A stretch of DNA of 64,000 bases from Podospora anserina (lineage: Eukaryota): positions 1,054,001 to 1,118,000 of the forward strand of contig CM030335.1 in assembly GCA_017654855.1 (NCBI GenBank). The letters are read 5' to 3'. Within the stretch, counting starts at the first letter, position 1. Every line of letters begins with the position of its first letter. Positions 40,851 to 53,359 of this stretch are shown here, piece after piece. The position numbers and the translations under genes were made by a program. The notes beneath the pieces were generated by a model. That model saw only the letters and a program-made list of their open reading frames with translations, searched no databases and had not been told where the DNA came from.

Positions 40851-42035
40851 CCGTTTGACCGCCGTAAGGCACTGGCCTTAGCGTTTAGCTTTCCGGGACT
40901 TCGGATTGCTTTAAGGAGCCGAGTTCCGTTCCGGCAACAGTGGTGCCTAAGCACTGCTGATCCAAGCTATTATATTACCTCTAAGGCTTTATATACTATA
41001 GGGCTTAAATATACTGTAAAATCTATAAATAAAAGCTGTATTTTCACAGATATTAATACTAAGAAATTTATTAGATATATATACGTAATTATTTATAGTT
41101 TTGATATAAAAAAAGTAGAATATTTTTAAAGTTTTTTAATAAAATAATATTTTATTTTATTTAATATATATAACTAGGATTTATATTATTAACTTCAAAA
41201 TTAAAGTTTTATATTTAAAGGTTTATTTTAGGTAATCGAAGTAGCTTAAGTAATAGTATTAATAAATAGTTTTATACATTTATTTATAATATATTACGAA
41301 GGCTTTAGTAAGTGCTTAAAGCTAAGAGTAAACTTATTTACTATTAATATAAATACTTTAATTTATTTAAAAAAAGACTTAATTAGAAGTATCTATACTT
41401 TATAGAAAATAAATAAAATACAACTATTTTTTACCCTATCAGATTAGAAAGTCACACGCTAATATTTAAAAAAGCTGCACAAGTGTATAGACTTGTTAGG
41501 CCCCCACTTCCATCTATAGATACATATTATGCAGAGGACATTCTTTGGGGTGACTCCACTCGACCATCATCATGTCTCCTCGTGTTCTGTTGAACTTTTT
41601 ACAGTGCTCGGTTGCCAGGGCACACCCTTTTCCATTGCCCAATGTAGCATTCTACCAACCCTAACCCTATTTTAGAGTTCCCCTGAACGCCCCTAACATG
41701 GCTGGCGATATCAGCATGAAGATACCCAGCCACAGAGGGTTTCAGCTCCTCGTTTCAGCCACGGCGTCGCATTCAGGCGTCATCAGCTGCGGTTTGGCGG
41801 TTGCTGCCCCGCAACCGCGCAAGCAGAACCCCACCCACGTCCCGCGACACCGGGAACCCCGCCATGAGCTTCAAGGCTCCATCCATAGCTCCCCAACCTG
41901 GAAAGTTGCTGGCACAACCAAATCACACCGCAACTCTCCCTCCCAAGTAAACTCAACTTCATAGCCACTCAATCTGCGAGTAATTTTCTCCTCTCTCTTT
42001 CCATACCTTCCATAATCAGTCGTGATATCACCAAA

Positions 42036-43933
42036 ATGTCTATCGAGCTCGACAAGATCTTCGCCGCCTCCCCGGCGACAACCCGCGGCCAGCCAACCCA
42101 GCTCTCGGCCGATCCAAAGGGGGAGCAAATAGCTTTCGCTGTACGTCCCGTTGCTTCTTTATCTTGATATACATCATAATCTCTAATGTATAACCCCTTC
42201 AACAGTCCGGCAAATCAATCTTCCTCCGCTCCCTCACCAACCCCTCCTCCTCCAAGCAATACACCTCCCACACCACCACCACCACCGTAGCCAAGTTCTC
42301 CCCCTCGGGCTTCTACGTCGCCTCGGGCGACATCTCGGGCAAGATCCGCGTCTGGGACTCGGTCGAGGCAGTCAACACAAAAGGCGAATACCCAATCATC
42401 TCGGGCCGCATCACCGACATCGCCTGGGACGGGGACTCGCAGCGCGTCATCGCCGTCGGTGACGGCCGCGAGAGGTTCGGCCACTGCATCACTGCCGACA
42501 GCGGCAACTCGGTCGGCGAGGTGTCCGGGCACAGCAAGGTCATCAACGCGGTGGCGATCCGGCAGCAGCGCCCGCTTCGCGCGGCGACGGTGTCGGACGA
42601 TGGAAGCATGTGCTTCCTGCATGGCGCCCCGTTCAAGTTCAACAGCAAGGCGACGGGGCTGCACAAGGGGTTTGTTCAGGGGACCGAGTTCAGCCCTGAT
42701 GGGTCGTGGTTGGTGACGGTGGGGAGTGATAAGAGGATTCAGATTTATGACGGCAAGACTGGGGAGCCGCTTAAGGTGGTTGGGGAGGGGGTTCATACGG
42801 GGAGTATCTTGGGTGTGAGCTGGAATAAGGACTCGAAGAGGTTTGTGACGGCGAGCGCGGATAAGACGGTTAGGGTGTGGGATGTGCAGTCGGGGGAGAA
42901 TGTTGCGACGTGGAAGATTGGTGAGGAAGGGAGCTCCAACCCTCAAGATCAGCAGGTTGGTGTTGTTTGGACTCGTGGGCCGCAGGAAATTATCGTCAGT
43001 TTGAGCTTGAGCGGTGATTTGAACTATTTCACCGTTGGCTCTTCTACCCCACAAGCAGTAATTGAAGGCCACAACAAGAGCGTCACCGCGCTTTCGGTCA
43101 CCTCAAACAGCAACGGAACCAAGGTCACAACCGGCAGCTTCGACGGCAAGGTGGTCGCCTGGGACATTGGGACTGGCGTCGGGAAGGCCCCAGAAGGCGA
43201 GGCGCATTCCAACCAAGTCGTTCAGTTCGCCTCGGCCGGTGGCAGGGTCTACAGCGTCGGATGGGACGACACCCTCCGCATCATCGACGAGGCTACAAAC
43301 CTGTTCCTCGCCTCCCCAGTGAAGCTCAGCTCGCAACCGAAGGGCATCTCGGCGTCTTCGGACGGCACGATCGCGGTCGCTCTCAACTCCAGCATCGCCA
43401 TCTACGACAGCGACGGCAAACTTCTCGGCGAAACACCCGTAAGCTACACCCCCACCACCATCGCCATCAGCGGCTCTTATGTCGCCGTCGGCGCAGACAA
43501 CAACACGGTCCAGGTATACAACCTCGGCAGCGGAGGCAACCTCTCCCCGACCGAGAAACTGACCAACTCCACCGCCGCCATCTCAACACTGTCATTCTCC
43601 CCGGAGGGAAAGCACCTCGCGGCGGGTAACTCGTCTGGCAAGATTGTCGTGTACACCACCGGCTCGTGGGAGGTGGCCACCGACAGGTGGTCCTCCCACA
43701 CGGCGAGGGTGCTGAGCATTGCGTGGAACAAGGCGGGGACGCACGCCGTGTCGGGGGGGTTGGACACGAATGTTTTTGTCTGGAGTTTGGCGAAGCCGGG
43801 GAGCAGAGTCAAGGCTGCGAATGCGCACAAGGATGGGGTGTATGGGGTTGCGTTTGTGGAGGGGGATGAAAAGGTTGTGAGCTCGGGTGGCGATGCTGCT
43901 GTTAAGGTGTGGAATGTGAAGAATTTGCAGTAA
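42036..43933 (+). CDS. AIP1: Actin-interacting protein 1 (WDR1), double WD40 propeller
   Basis: ASPATTRGQPTQLS, intron 42141-42205, SPSGFYVASGDISGKIRVWD, WDGDSQRVIAVGDGRERFG, RQQRPLRAATVSDD, GAPFKF. Confidence 0.94.
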
Positions 43934-44301
43934 GGAGGGGAAAGGAAGGAATGAAGCGTTTATGAGTTTATGCATGGTATGGTATATTAATGGTGGTTAC
44001 CTAGCCGGCGTTACTGCTGTTTTTTAATGAAGAGTATAAACTTGTTGTTAATAGATGGAGTTTGTGTACCTCAAGTTGATATGTGTGTGGTATAGGGATG
44101 TGATGATGGTATCATGAACAACACCTACGCTTACACCAGCCCTAAAGATGACAGGTTGAAAAGCCCACCAATAAAAGTTTGTTCAGTGACCCTCTAATAC
44201 ACTTCTTTAGACTTTGATAGCCTATACCATTCTAAAGAAAAAAGGTACATGGAAAAAGAAAATGGCAAAAAAAAGCAAACGCTGGATATCAAATACACTG
44301 T

Positions 44302-44375
44302 GTGACGGACCAGGAGTCGAACCTGGATCTTCGCTCAAACTCGGGAATGTAATAACCGCTATACTACCACGCCAC
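44302..44375 (-). tRNA. tRNA-like gene or pseudo-tRNA, isotype undetermined
   Basis: A-box TAGTATAGCGG, D-arm GTA/TAC, perfect T-arm CCAGG-TTCGACT-CCTGG, bulged acceptor stem, irregular 8-nt anticodon loop; T8 run about 30 nt downstream (44274-44267). Confidence 0.6.
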
Positions 44376-45353
44376 GGAAACACATGAATCCGGTCAAATG
44401 ACAGTATCAGTAAAAGCATCAAACCACCGCGATGACTTCCAACTGATTTGGCAAATGTAGCTACATCTATAGACGCAAAACGTCACAGGTATCTGCTGGA
44501 CAGCTATGAATCTCTGTACATGAGCAAAGCTACCTTCGACATCCCGCTAAACTCCCTACACAATGTTCATCAATGGACCCTCGAGCTACCAGTTGTAGTG
44601 TCGGTACTCTGTTCCCTAGACCCGCCGGCCCAGTTAGATTGCCCTCTCCCAGTGATCTTTCCCAATAAATCCACATTCAGCCAACTCCCGTCTGTTTCTT
44701 CTAGTGTTTACCCTCGGTCTCATGCGGATTTCAACGGTGTCGTGCTTCTTCCTCTCCATTTTAGCTCTCTCTCTTCTCTCGAATTGATCGATTCCGTTCA
44801 TAGCCACTCTCGTACGTTCCCCAACTGAGATACCAGACTGACGAGATCCATCACAAAGCGTACCCAAACATCACAGTAGGCCCTAGCGGCAATTCCAGCA
44901 TAGAGTGCGACCATCCAACCAAAGAGGGGCGGCGATTCCAACACAGAGGACCACACCCGACCAGAAGAGAGCGTGTGCAAGAATTAGAAACAGTACCCTC
45001 ACCAACGCAAAGACCAGTCTGAGGACCCAACAAAGAGCTCTCGCTAGAGACAAGAAAAGGTTGTCGATTAACTTGTCCAGCTTGCCCGCGGGGTTGCAGT
45101 CGGTGGCAGCCGGAGATCTCGGCTCTTTCAGCAGTGATGTCTGGCGTCCCAAATCCTGTCCTTCTACCAGTACATGGCAGTTCACATCAGACTTCTCCTT
45201 GACTGGCGTAGTGTGCCTATATTCTCGCATCGACTCGCTCAGTCGTGCAGAGCACTTCGAGTCCGGTATGCTAGTCTTCACCACAACGGCAACATCGCGC
45301 TGTCCAATTTGAATTTCCGACACTGTGTCACCGCTGCCATCACAGTTGGATTT

Positions 45354-46548
45354 CTAGTCCAGTTGCATCCGTGCGGCGTCAGCTGGCTCGACAGCGGCGT
45401 CAAGAGTTGGGCTGCCAGCCCCAGTTTCAGCTTCCTCCCGGGTTTCCTGTCTCTTGTCAAGCGACTCCAGTTGCAGCAAGTGTTTCTTGCGCTCAAACTC
45501 CTCTGGATAACACGTCAGTACCACCCAATCGAAGAGCTTGAAGCGTTCTGCCTCCGGGACAGGGAACGGCGCAGGCCTGTATGGGGGAAGGTGGTCCAGC
45601 CTGCCTTTTTGGATGAGCTGTAGGACTTTGTCAATGGCATGGGGAAGGTTGCTGTAGCACTGTTAATTTTGGCTGTACAAGATGTCCGAGCTCCTGGGAA
45701 CTGAATACTTACTGAATCTTCCCATGGACCGCCCAGCCCTGCCTTTGCACCTCCACAGCAAGCTCCAGTTGGTGATTATCCATCAATGTTGGATTGGGCA
45801 CCACAATCAAGGGAGCCCCATATCTTCTGACTTCGAGGATGGTTCCCGCACCTGTTTAAATATCAGCTTTCTCAACTCCTGGGTATGAGTGATAAGCAAA
45901 GAGCTCACCCGCGTGCGCAATGACACACCCTGCCAAGCTCTTGCCTAGCTCGCCACGGCATTCCAGCATATAAGGCTTCAGAACAGGAGCATAGGAGAAG
46001 CACTCCACCTGCAAGTCTGCCAGCAACTCCCCTGAGCGCAAGGCCTCGAGTTGAGTCTCAAACCAAGCAAGGTTAGGACCACATTGGACCGTCAACTTCT
46101 TGAACCCGGCGACCTGTAGGCGAGTGAGGAAAGGGCCAGTGATGACCTGCTCGAGAAGAGGCAGGAAAGAAGCGATCGAGCCGATGGTGACAAAACAGTT
46201 ACGTCCAGAGAGGACTGGGGATTCCTCAGTCGAGGCCATTTGAGGGGCAGAACTGGGTGTTGATGTTGATCTTGAACTAGATGTGAGGTCCAAGCAGTGC
46301 CCATTGTCTTGGCTCCTGTCCGAATCGGGACAGGTGGCGTCCGTGTTAGTGATGGCAGCCGGCAATGTCCTGTTATCGTTATCGGGCATCATATCGATAT
46401 CGAACGACCTTGAGAGGTTCCTCACACGTTCAGGGTCGGGCTTTTGCTGGGAACCGCCGTGGTGAGAGTCCCCTGTATCGTTGAGGGTCCCAGCTACCGA
46501 GTAGGCAGGACTCGGTGGTGTAGCGGCCCTGGAAGTTGAAGTGGTCAT
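45354..46548 (-). CDS. ALG13: UDP-GlcNAc transferase subunit Alg13 (GT28 C-terminal domain) with disordered N-terminal extension
   Basis: [44 protein letters not shown]; two introns; stop TAG 45356-45354; start uncertain. Confidence 0.88.
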
Positions 46549-46931
46549 GCTGTCGTTGTTTCTTGTGGCTGTGAGCTAGCCAGTGCGAATGCTGAGGGTG
46601 GTCAAGATTAGCTTTGCAATTCCACCAAATTCTGGGAACGAAGTGAAGAGAAGGAGGTAGAATAAAGTTAAGTTCTCAGTTAAAGAGCAGAAATTTCTTT
46701 CATTTGGCCATGAGGGCTCTTGTCACAACACTGGCAAGTGCTCGCAACTTGGAATGTGCAAGTCCAAGTGTGGCGCAAAGATGTGGCTCGTGCTCAGCCA
46801 AGCTCAGCTCAGCCAGCACCGAGCGGCCGGGCCAAACTCCAAATTTTTGGCGACGAGAAGTTCCGGCCGCGCAGTGGAAGCCCCCGTGTAAGCACCCCTC
46901 CACCGATCCCGACCGACCCCAACTTCCCGGG

Positions 46932-48158
46932 ATGGCTTCCGCCGCCAATTCTTTCCGGCTATGCCTCCGGGCTAGCAGACAATTATCAGTACGACCTGCA
47001 GCGTCCCCCCTCCTGCGCCGGGCCTTGACCACAACCGCCCCGCAATGCGCTCGCCCAGGTCGCAAAAAGGGCTGGAAAGACCCCAGCGACAACTTCGAGT
47101 TTCCTGAGCCATACGAGGGCAGGGTCTTCCAAGATTTGGGCGAACAGTTGAGGTACTCTCTGGAAAACGACGAGTTGGCCGAGGCCGACAGGGCTGCCGT
47201 TCAGCAGGCCCTGGCGAGCTGGGAGAACAAGCCAAACGAGGAGAAGATGGAGGAGCAGCAGATTGTCAAAGAAATTGACAAGGAGTTTGCCCCTCTGAGA
47301 GCACCTGTTCGTGCTAGGAGAAACTCTTTCTGGCACGAGGAAGAGCAGGATACCGACTTGATCACCGACGAGGTTGGGGAGGACGACTTTGAGGAGAATG
47401 ACATGATGGCTATGGGTCACGCCAAGCTGGAGGAGCACCGCGAGTACAGAGAATACGCACGTATTGCCGTGTGGGAGATGCCATTGCTTTCGAGTACGTG
47501 CCTCTGAGTCATGCTGCTGAGAGTATGTGGTGCTAACACCCGCCAGAATTCGCAAAGAAGTTCGTGCCGCCCAAGAATAATGAGGTTCTTCGTTTCCGGT
47601 ACACCACATATATGGGTGAATTCCACCCTGCTGACCGCAAGGTCGTGGTCGAGTTTGACCCCCGGGATTTGTTCGAGCTCACCGAGGTTCAGCGAGACAA
47701 GCTTCGCAAACTGGCTGGTGCCAGATACAACCCAGAAAGGGGAATCATCAAAATGAGTTGCGAGAAATTCGAACTCCCAGCCCAGAACAAGCGATGGCTT
47801 GGTGACACGATTGCCAAGTTGATCACTGCGGCCAAGGTAGGATGAATCGATCCTCTACCGAGACCATAATGCTGATCAGATCATCTAGGACCCCACGGAT
47901 ACGTTTGAGGACATCCCCTTGGACACCCGGCACCACAAGTTCAAGAGCATCCCGAAGTACCCCAAGGAGTGGTACATGTCAAACCAACGAAGGCAGCAGC
48001 TCTTGGCTCAGAGACGAGAGTCTTTGAAGCTGGATCATAACAAGAGACAGAACAGTCAACTGATTGATGGTGTAAAGGTGATCCAACAGGGCGCGCTTTC
48101 TACGCTCTCTGCGTCGAAGGAGAAGGAGCCCGTGGCAGTGCGGGTCAAGCCTCTATAG
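46932..48158 (+). CDS. RSM24: Mitochondrial small-subunit ribosomal protein mS35 (Rsm24)
   Basis: MASAANSFRLCLR presequence, EHREYREYARIAVWEMPLLS, LRFRYTTYMGEFHPADRKVVVEF, KLRKLAGARYNP, DTFEDIPLDTRHH; two introns. Confidence 0.92.
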
Positions 48159-49400
48159 AGAGAGCGTGTGAGAGGGTTCTCACCCGGCGCCACTACCGTC
48201 AGCCGCCTGGTGGTATGCTGGCTGGCGGCTGTCGTAGTTGGAGCGGAAAATGTACATCATCTGTAAAAAGTAAAGAGAACATGTCAAATGTGTATAATAG
48301 ACGATTGGTACTGATTGCCGGTGTTGAAGGTTAAGGGGCGACCCCTGAAGCAAGCCTTGCACCCCCACAACCCCTAACCCTATAGGTTTCTCTCGTTAAA
48401 ATCTCAACGGGTTGCCAACTTGACTTGCCAGAGACGTCAAGCATGAACCTGGTACCTGGGAGGCTCCGAAACGGCCCCACGTCTCGACCGGAGCATATCC
48501 ACGAATGCTTATCAAGCTGGCGGGTTTCTCACTTCGGGAATTAAAAAGAAACCGTCGATCGGTATTCTTCGCTTTTTGGAGCAGTTCTGGCTCCTCGAAC
48601 AATCAAATGTTTGAAGGTGAGAGCCTCGGCAGCCCTTTGTCTCTGAGAGGGTGGGGTAGCATCCAGCACCAAACGTTTGGGCCAACTTGTGCCACTCGAC
48701 TTGTGAGACTCGAGAGGGGGATGCTGCAGATGACCCCTGCATGCAGATGGTTAGTTGACTTCCATTGCAGTTCACACAGAGGATGCCATCTCAGCCTTCT
48801 ATGAACTGGATCTCCTTTGGGATCCCCCGAACGTTTCACTGAATGGAAAGATAGTACACGTGTCGCCCACGTCTTGTCTGCTGCAACGCAAATCTAAAGA
48901 CTGAACTCCGCCGAGAGTTCATGACTATATACCTAAGGCCCTTCTAGAAATGTTCAACACCACGTAGAGGCCGATGTAATTAGCGGCGGGCATGATGGGA
49001 TGGCAAGGGGATGCTAGTGCAGCGCAAAGATGGGGTAGCACTCTGGGCGGCGAGAGGTGCCTCGGCTCCATCCACTTATTGTGATTAGGGATGCATCGGA
49101 TTTCGATCGCATGCATGTTTCTTTTTCTTGAAGAAGGTCAGCCCTCCGGTGCCGTTCCTGCTTCTGGATAAAGACCCTGCTCCTGTGATGATTTTGGGAC
49201 TGCCTACCTAGCTGTTGAAAACTCTTGTTTCTGCCACCTTTTGCTTCTCCTTTTTCTCTCGAACTTCCAGGTTGTCTGCTTCCATTCTCTCCATCGCTTT
49301 TGCGCCAGTTCATCGACCCTGCGCCAAAACCGAGCGGACCGACGCACGCACGCACGCACGCACGTGAAAGCCACCGGCGGGAAGAGACACACGACACAAG

Positions 49401-51041
49401 ATGGCTACCAAAGCTCCCGAGTTCCAGGCCACGGCCCTGGAGGCCATTCCCAAGATCGCCAGCCTCGCTCGCGGTCAGTTCCGCACTCACAAGACCAAGA
49501 ACGTCGAATGGCGCAAGACGCAGCTTCGCAAACTCTACTGGGCCCTCGAGGACTTCAAGCCCCAGCTCGTTGAGGCGCTCAAGAGCGATCTTGGAAAGTC
49601 TAGCTTCGAGGCCCTCCTCACAGAGGTTGACTGGGTGAAGAAGGACTGCATGTGGATGCTCGACCATCTCGACAGCTTTGTCAAGGACCAGAAGCTGGGC
49701 TCTCCCGATGTCCCCGCCACTTATTCCATCATGAACTTCCGCGTCAAGAAGGAGCCCCTCGGAACCGTCCTCATCATTGGCCCCTACAACTACCCCATCC
49801 AGCTCCTTCTGTGCCCTCTTGTTGGCGCCATCGCCGCCGGCTGTACCGCCGTCCTCAAGCCCTCCGAGCTCACCCCCGCGTGCGCCATGTGGACCAAGGA
49901 GCTGATCGAGAAGCGCCTCGACTCTGGATCCTTCTCGGTTGTCAACGGTGCCATCCCCGAGACCAACGCGCTCATGACCGAGAAGTGGGACAAGATTTTC
50001 TTCACCGGCAGCGCCCAGGTCGGCTCCATCATTGCCCAAAAGGCTGCCCAGACACTCACCCCCGTTGTCCTCGAGCTCGGCGGCAAGAACCCCGCCTTCA
50101 TCACCAAGAACTGCGGCAACTTGGCCCTGGCGGCCAGGAGACTCCTCTGGGGCAAGACCCAGAACGCCGGTCAGGTCTGCATGTCCCAGAACTATGTTCT
50201 CATCGACAAGGACCTCGTGCCTACTTTTATCGAGTTCCTCAAGGTCGCCTACAAGGACATGTTCCCCAACGGTGCCAAGGCCAGCCCCGATCTTTCGCGC
50301 ATTGTGAACAAGAGGCACTTCCACCGCATCAAGAAGATGTTGGATGACACCCAGGGCAAGATCGTCATGGGTGGTGAGCTGGATGAGAGTGAGCTGTACA
50401 TTGAGCCCACGGCTGTGCTGGTCAACTCTGTCAACGACTCGATGATGCAGGAGGAGTCTTTTGGTCCTATTTTCTCCATTTACCCGGTCAACACTTTGGA
50501 TGAGGCGCTCAACATTGCCAACTTGATCCACAAGACGCCTTTGTCGCTGTTTACTTTTGGTAACAAGGCTGAGAACAACAGAAGCACGCGCCCCTTTTTC
50601 TACCCCTTAACCATGACAAATAGCTAACGGCATCCAGTTCTCAACGAGATGACCTCGGGCGGTGCGACCATCAACGACGGCTTCTTCCACGGCGCGGTCA
50701 ACACGGTCCCCTTTGGCGGCGTTGGCGATTCCGGCTGGGGTGCCTACCGCGGAAAGGCCTCCTTCGACTCCTTCACCCACTTCCGCACCATCGCCGAGAC
50801 GCCCGGCTGGGCCGAGAAGCTCATCCGCGTGCGGTACATGCCCTACGACTTCAAGGCCCTCGCCTTCCTCAACCGCCTCACCGAGAAGTCGCCCAACTTT
50901 GACCGCAGCGGCAAGGTCGTCAAGGGGTTCGGCTATTGGATCAAGTTTCTGTTTGGTCTGGGCGGCAAGAGCGCCAAAGGTGCGTTCTTGAGGTGGCTTG
51001 TTGTCTTGGTGGCTCACTACATGTACACGAACCGATCCTAA
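49401..51041 (+). CDS. ALDH3-type aldehyde dehydrogenase, Ylo-1/CarD-like (apo-carotenal / fatty aldehyde) with C-terminal membrane anchor
   Basis: EPLGTVLIIGPYNYP, FTGS, LELGGKNP, NAGQVC, EESFGP, PFGGVGDSG, RVRYMPY..PNFDRSG..KGAFLRW tail; GC-AG intron 50584-50637. Confidence 0.9.
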
Positions 51042-51746
51042 GGATTCGGGACTGTGATTTGTGACTTTTGTACAGGGTTGTTTTGGGTGTTTTGTTTTAG
51101 CCTTGCTTTTTTGCGATTCCCCCCTGTGTCATGTTATACTCCCGATGAGAAGAAATGAAAAAGAGAAGAAACGGTTTCTAATGATTTTTTTTTTTGCTGT
51201 GTTTATAGACGACGATTATGAGAGACTCTCTTCCGAAGCTTGATGTTAGCGGACCACTTTTTGACCCAAGAGCCGAGCGACCACCTTTCCAACCACCACA
51301 CCAACCGAACCGAACTGGATGAACTTGCATCGGCCAAGCTTCCTTCCACGACACATATTACTACCTAATCTTTTTTTATACCTCGTGCTGTACTATCACC
51401 ATTACTTGTACTATATGGGCTGGCATATACTTTTTTCTTCTGTTTTTTTTATTAAAAAGATTCATGAAAGGCGGCAGGTGGAAAAGGAAACGGCTCATGC
51501 TATTAGGCTTGATGGTCATGGAACAGGATACCGGGTCTTTTGTTTTCAGGCATTTACAACATCATATATGTATTACCTACGCAAGCAGGCGTGGCATATT
51601 TTTATGGCGTGTCTGGTGCGGAGGGAGTAAATTATATCTTCTTTTTGATATCATATGCCAAATTGTCTTGTGAATGGGTGTAACATGCATGCCCAACCCG
51701 AGCGTTCCTTTTTACATTATCTATCCATTCCCCCCCCCCTTTCCGA

Positions 51747-52820
51747 TCAATTCCTCAACGTTCTTGTCAACTCCTCCCCCCTCTGCCCGCCCAAATAGAT
51801 ATCCTCCGCCCCCGTCTCCCCCAACATGGCCATCTCACAAGCCTCGGCATACCCCCGTATCACCATATCCTCATCCACCCTGCACCCATTCTCCACCAAC
51901 GCCGTCACGACGTTCCTCAGTCTAGCAATCTCCCTCATGGTAGCGCTGTCAATAAAGTCATTCTGACTGCTGTACACCCCCGCGCTGACATTCTCCTCCA
52001 TATTCGTAATCCCCATATGCTTCTGCTCCAGCTCCTTGGCCACCTGCTCAACATGCTTGCTGATCCAGACGTAACCATTCACCCCCAGTATAACATCCAT
52101 CTTCCCCCCTCCGTTCTGCCCCTCCATCGTCCAGACCTGTCTCCTCGACCGTACCACCCCGGACCCGCCGCCCTGCCCAGAAAGAGCAACAAACAGCCCG
52201 TTGCGGAGTTTTCCGTATTTGAGCGAGCGCGTGTGGAGGATTGCGCCTCCGTCCTGGAAGAGCTGCTGCACTTCGGCGACGACGAGGTCGCCCTCGGCGA
52301 AGAAGGTGCGGATTTGGAGCTCGTCGGTTTCTGTGCGCTTGCGGAGGATGCCGCCGGGGAGGTTGATGGCTGAGAGGGGGAGGGAGGCGAGCTGGATCGA
52401 GTTGATGTCTACGCGCCAGCGCTTGGCTTGGACTTCGAGGATGCGGCCTACTACTAGGTCGCCTACCTCGGGGGTGTAGCGGGCGCGGAGGGGGGAGACG
52501 GAGATGAGCTTGTTGGTGCGTGTGGTGATGCCGGCGAGGGAGGAGGTGATGTTTGTAGTGCTGGGGGGGATGTAGGTGCCGTGGCCGCGCATCCATTGGG
52601 GGTCTGGGGTGATGAGGGTGCCGGGGGTGACGAGGTTGGTGAAGAGGGGGTTGTTGGAGGGGTGGGTGGATTTTTGGTGGGAGGGGAGGCCGAGGGAGGC
52701 GAAGTCGAGGTGGGCGCCTCCTCCGCCGTCGTCGCTGGAGAGGTCGGAGTCGGAGTCGGAGATGTCGTGGGGGGAAGGGGGTGGGTGGGAGGGTTTGGGG
52801 GAGAGGATTGTGATGGGCAT
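51747..52820 (-). CDS. RRP4: Exosome cap subunit Rrp4
   Basis: [65 protein letters not shown]. Confidence 0.95.
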   Translation of the reverse strand: MPITILSPKPSHPPPSPHDISDSDSDLSSDDGGGGAHLDFASLGLPSHQKSTHPSNNPLFTNLVTPGTLITPDPQWMRGHGTYIPPSTTNITSSLAGITTRTNKLISVSPLRARYTPEVGDLVVGRILEVQAKRWRVDINSIQLASLPLSAINLPGGILRKRTETDELQIRTFFAEGDLVVAEVQQLFQDGGAILHTRSLKYGKLRNGLFVALSGQGGGSGVVRSRRQVWTMEGQNGGGKMDVILGVNGYVWISKHVEQVAKELEQKHMGITNMEENVSAGVYSSQNDFIDSATMREIARLRNVVTALVENGCRVDEDMVIRGYAEACEMAMLGETGAEDIYLGGQRGEELTRTLRN

Positions 52821-53359
52821 TTTCTTGTGAGTGAGACCTCGGGGGTCTGATATTGAGGTGGGGTGAGATGAAACTTCGATTTTTGGAAGGATTGATGAAG
52901 TTGATACGGTGGCGGTTTGAAGGGTATCTCTAGACTCTCAAACGTCGAACTTATTTTGCTGTTGTAGAGTTGGGTTGTGAACTAAATGAGATGAGTGTTT
53001 TCTACTTCCTCACATCTCAAAAGCGATGTGAAGCTCGAGCCTCCAAAATTCAGTTTCCACACTTCCGTTTCCCGAACGGTAGCTAGCCAAGCAATGCCCC
53101 ACCCCCGGATTTTCTCCGTTTTTGATTCTAGCTTTTCTGCAGCTTTTCTTGCCTGCCGCCGCGAGTCCCGCTAATGCTTTCCCGCCCTCGCTTCCCGTTC
53201 GTGACCCGAATCCGTCATCTCATCCCGTCACTGATCACAAGCAGCTTCCTTGATTGATCGATTGATTGATCATGACCTCTTCTTTCCTGCTGTAGCTCAT
53301 GAGGCGACCGCCCTGAACCGTCCCCAGCTTCACATGGCTGGGACACTGCCGGATATTAC

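Larger units (their letters stand above)
29927..41487. mobile_element. AT-rich RIP-mutated nested transposon block, possibly bounded by degenerate terminal inverted repeats
   Basis: Abrupt drop in GC, CpA/TpG depletion and TpA excess, almost no ORFs; about 40-bp imperfect inverted repeat at both edges. Confidence 0.85.

Noticed and set aside
29927-41487. Starship/Enterprise, Spok block or centromere interpretation of the AT-rich block
   Set aside because: No tyrosine-recombinase captain or cargo genes recognisable; block is small and mostly explained by LTR elements.
41657-41670. Telomere-like TAACCC doublets (also near 33335 and 48370)
   Set aside because: Only about two units each, expected by chance.
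44634-45323. Overlapping short minus-strand ORFs with a hydrophobic stretch downstream of ALG13
   Set aside because: Needs frameshifts and a non-ATG start; cannot be distinguished from 3' UTR or intergenic sequence.
49014-50531. 505-aa antisense ORF over the ALDH gene
   Set aside because: Mirror frame of a strongly C/G-ending codon-biased gene; no independent motifs.
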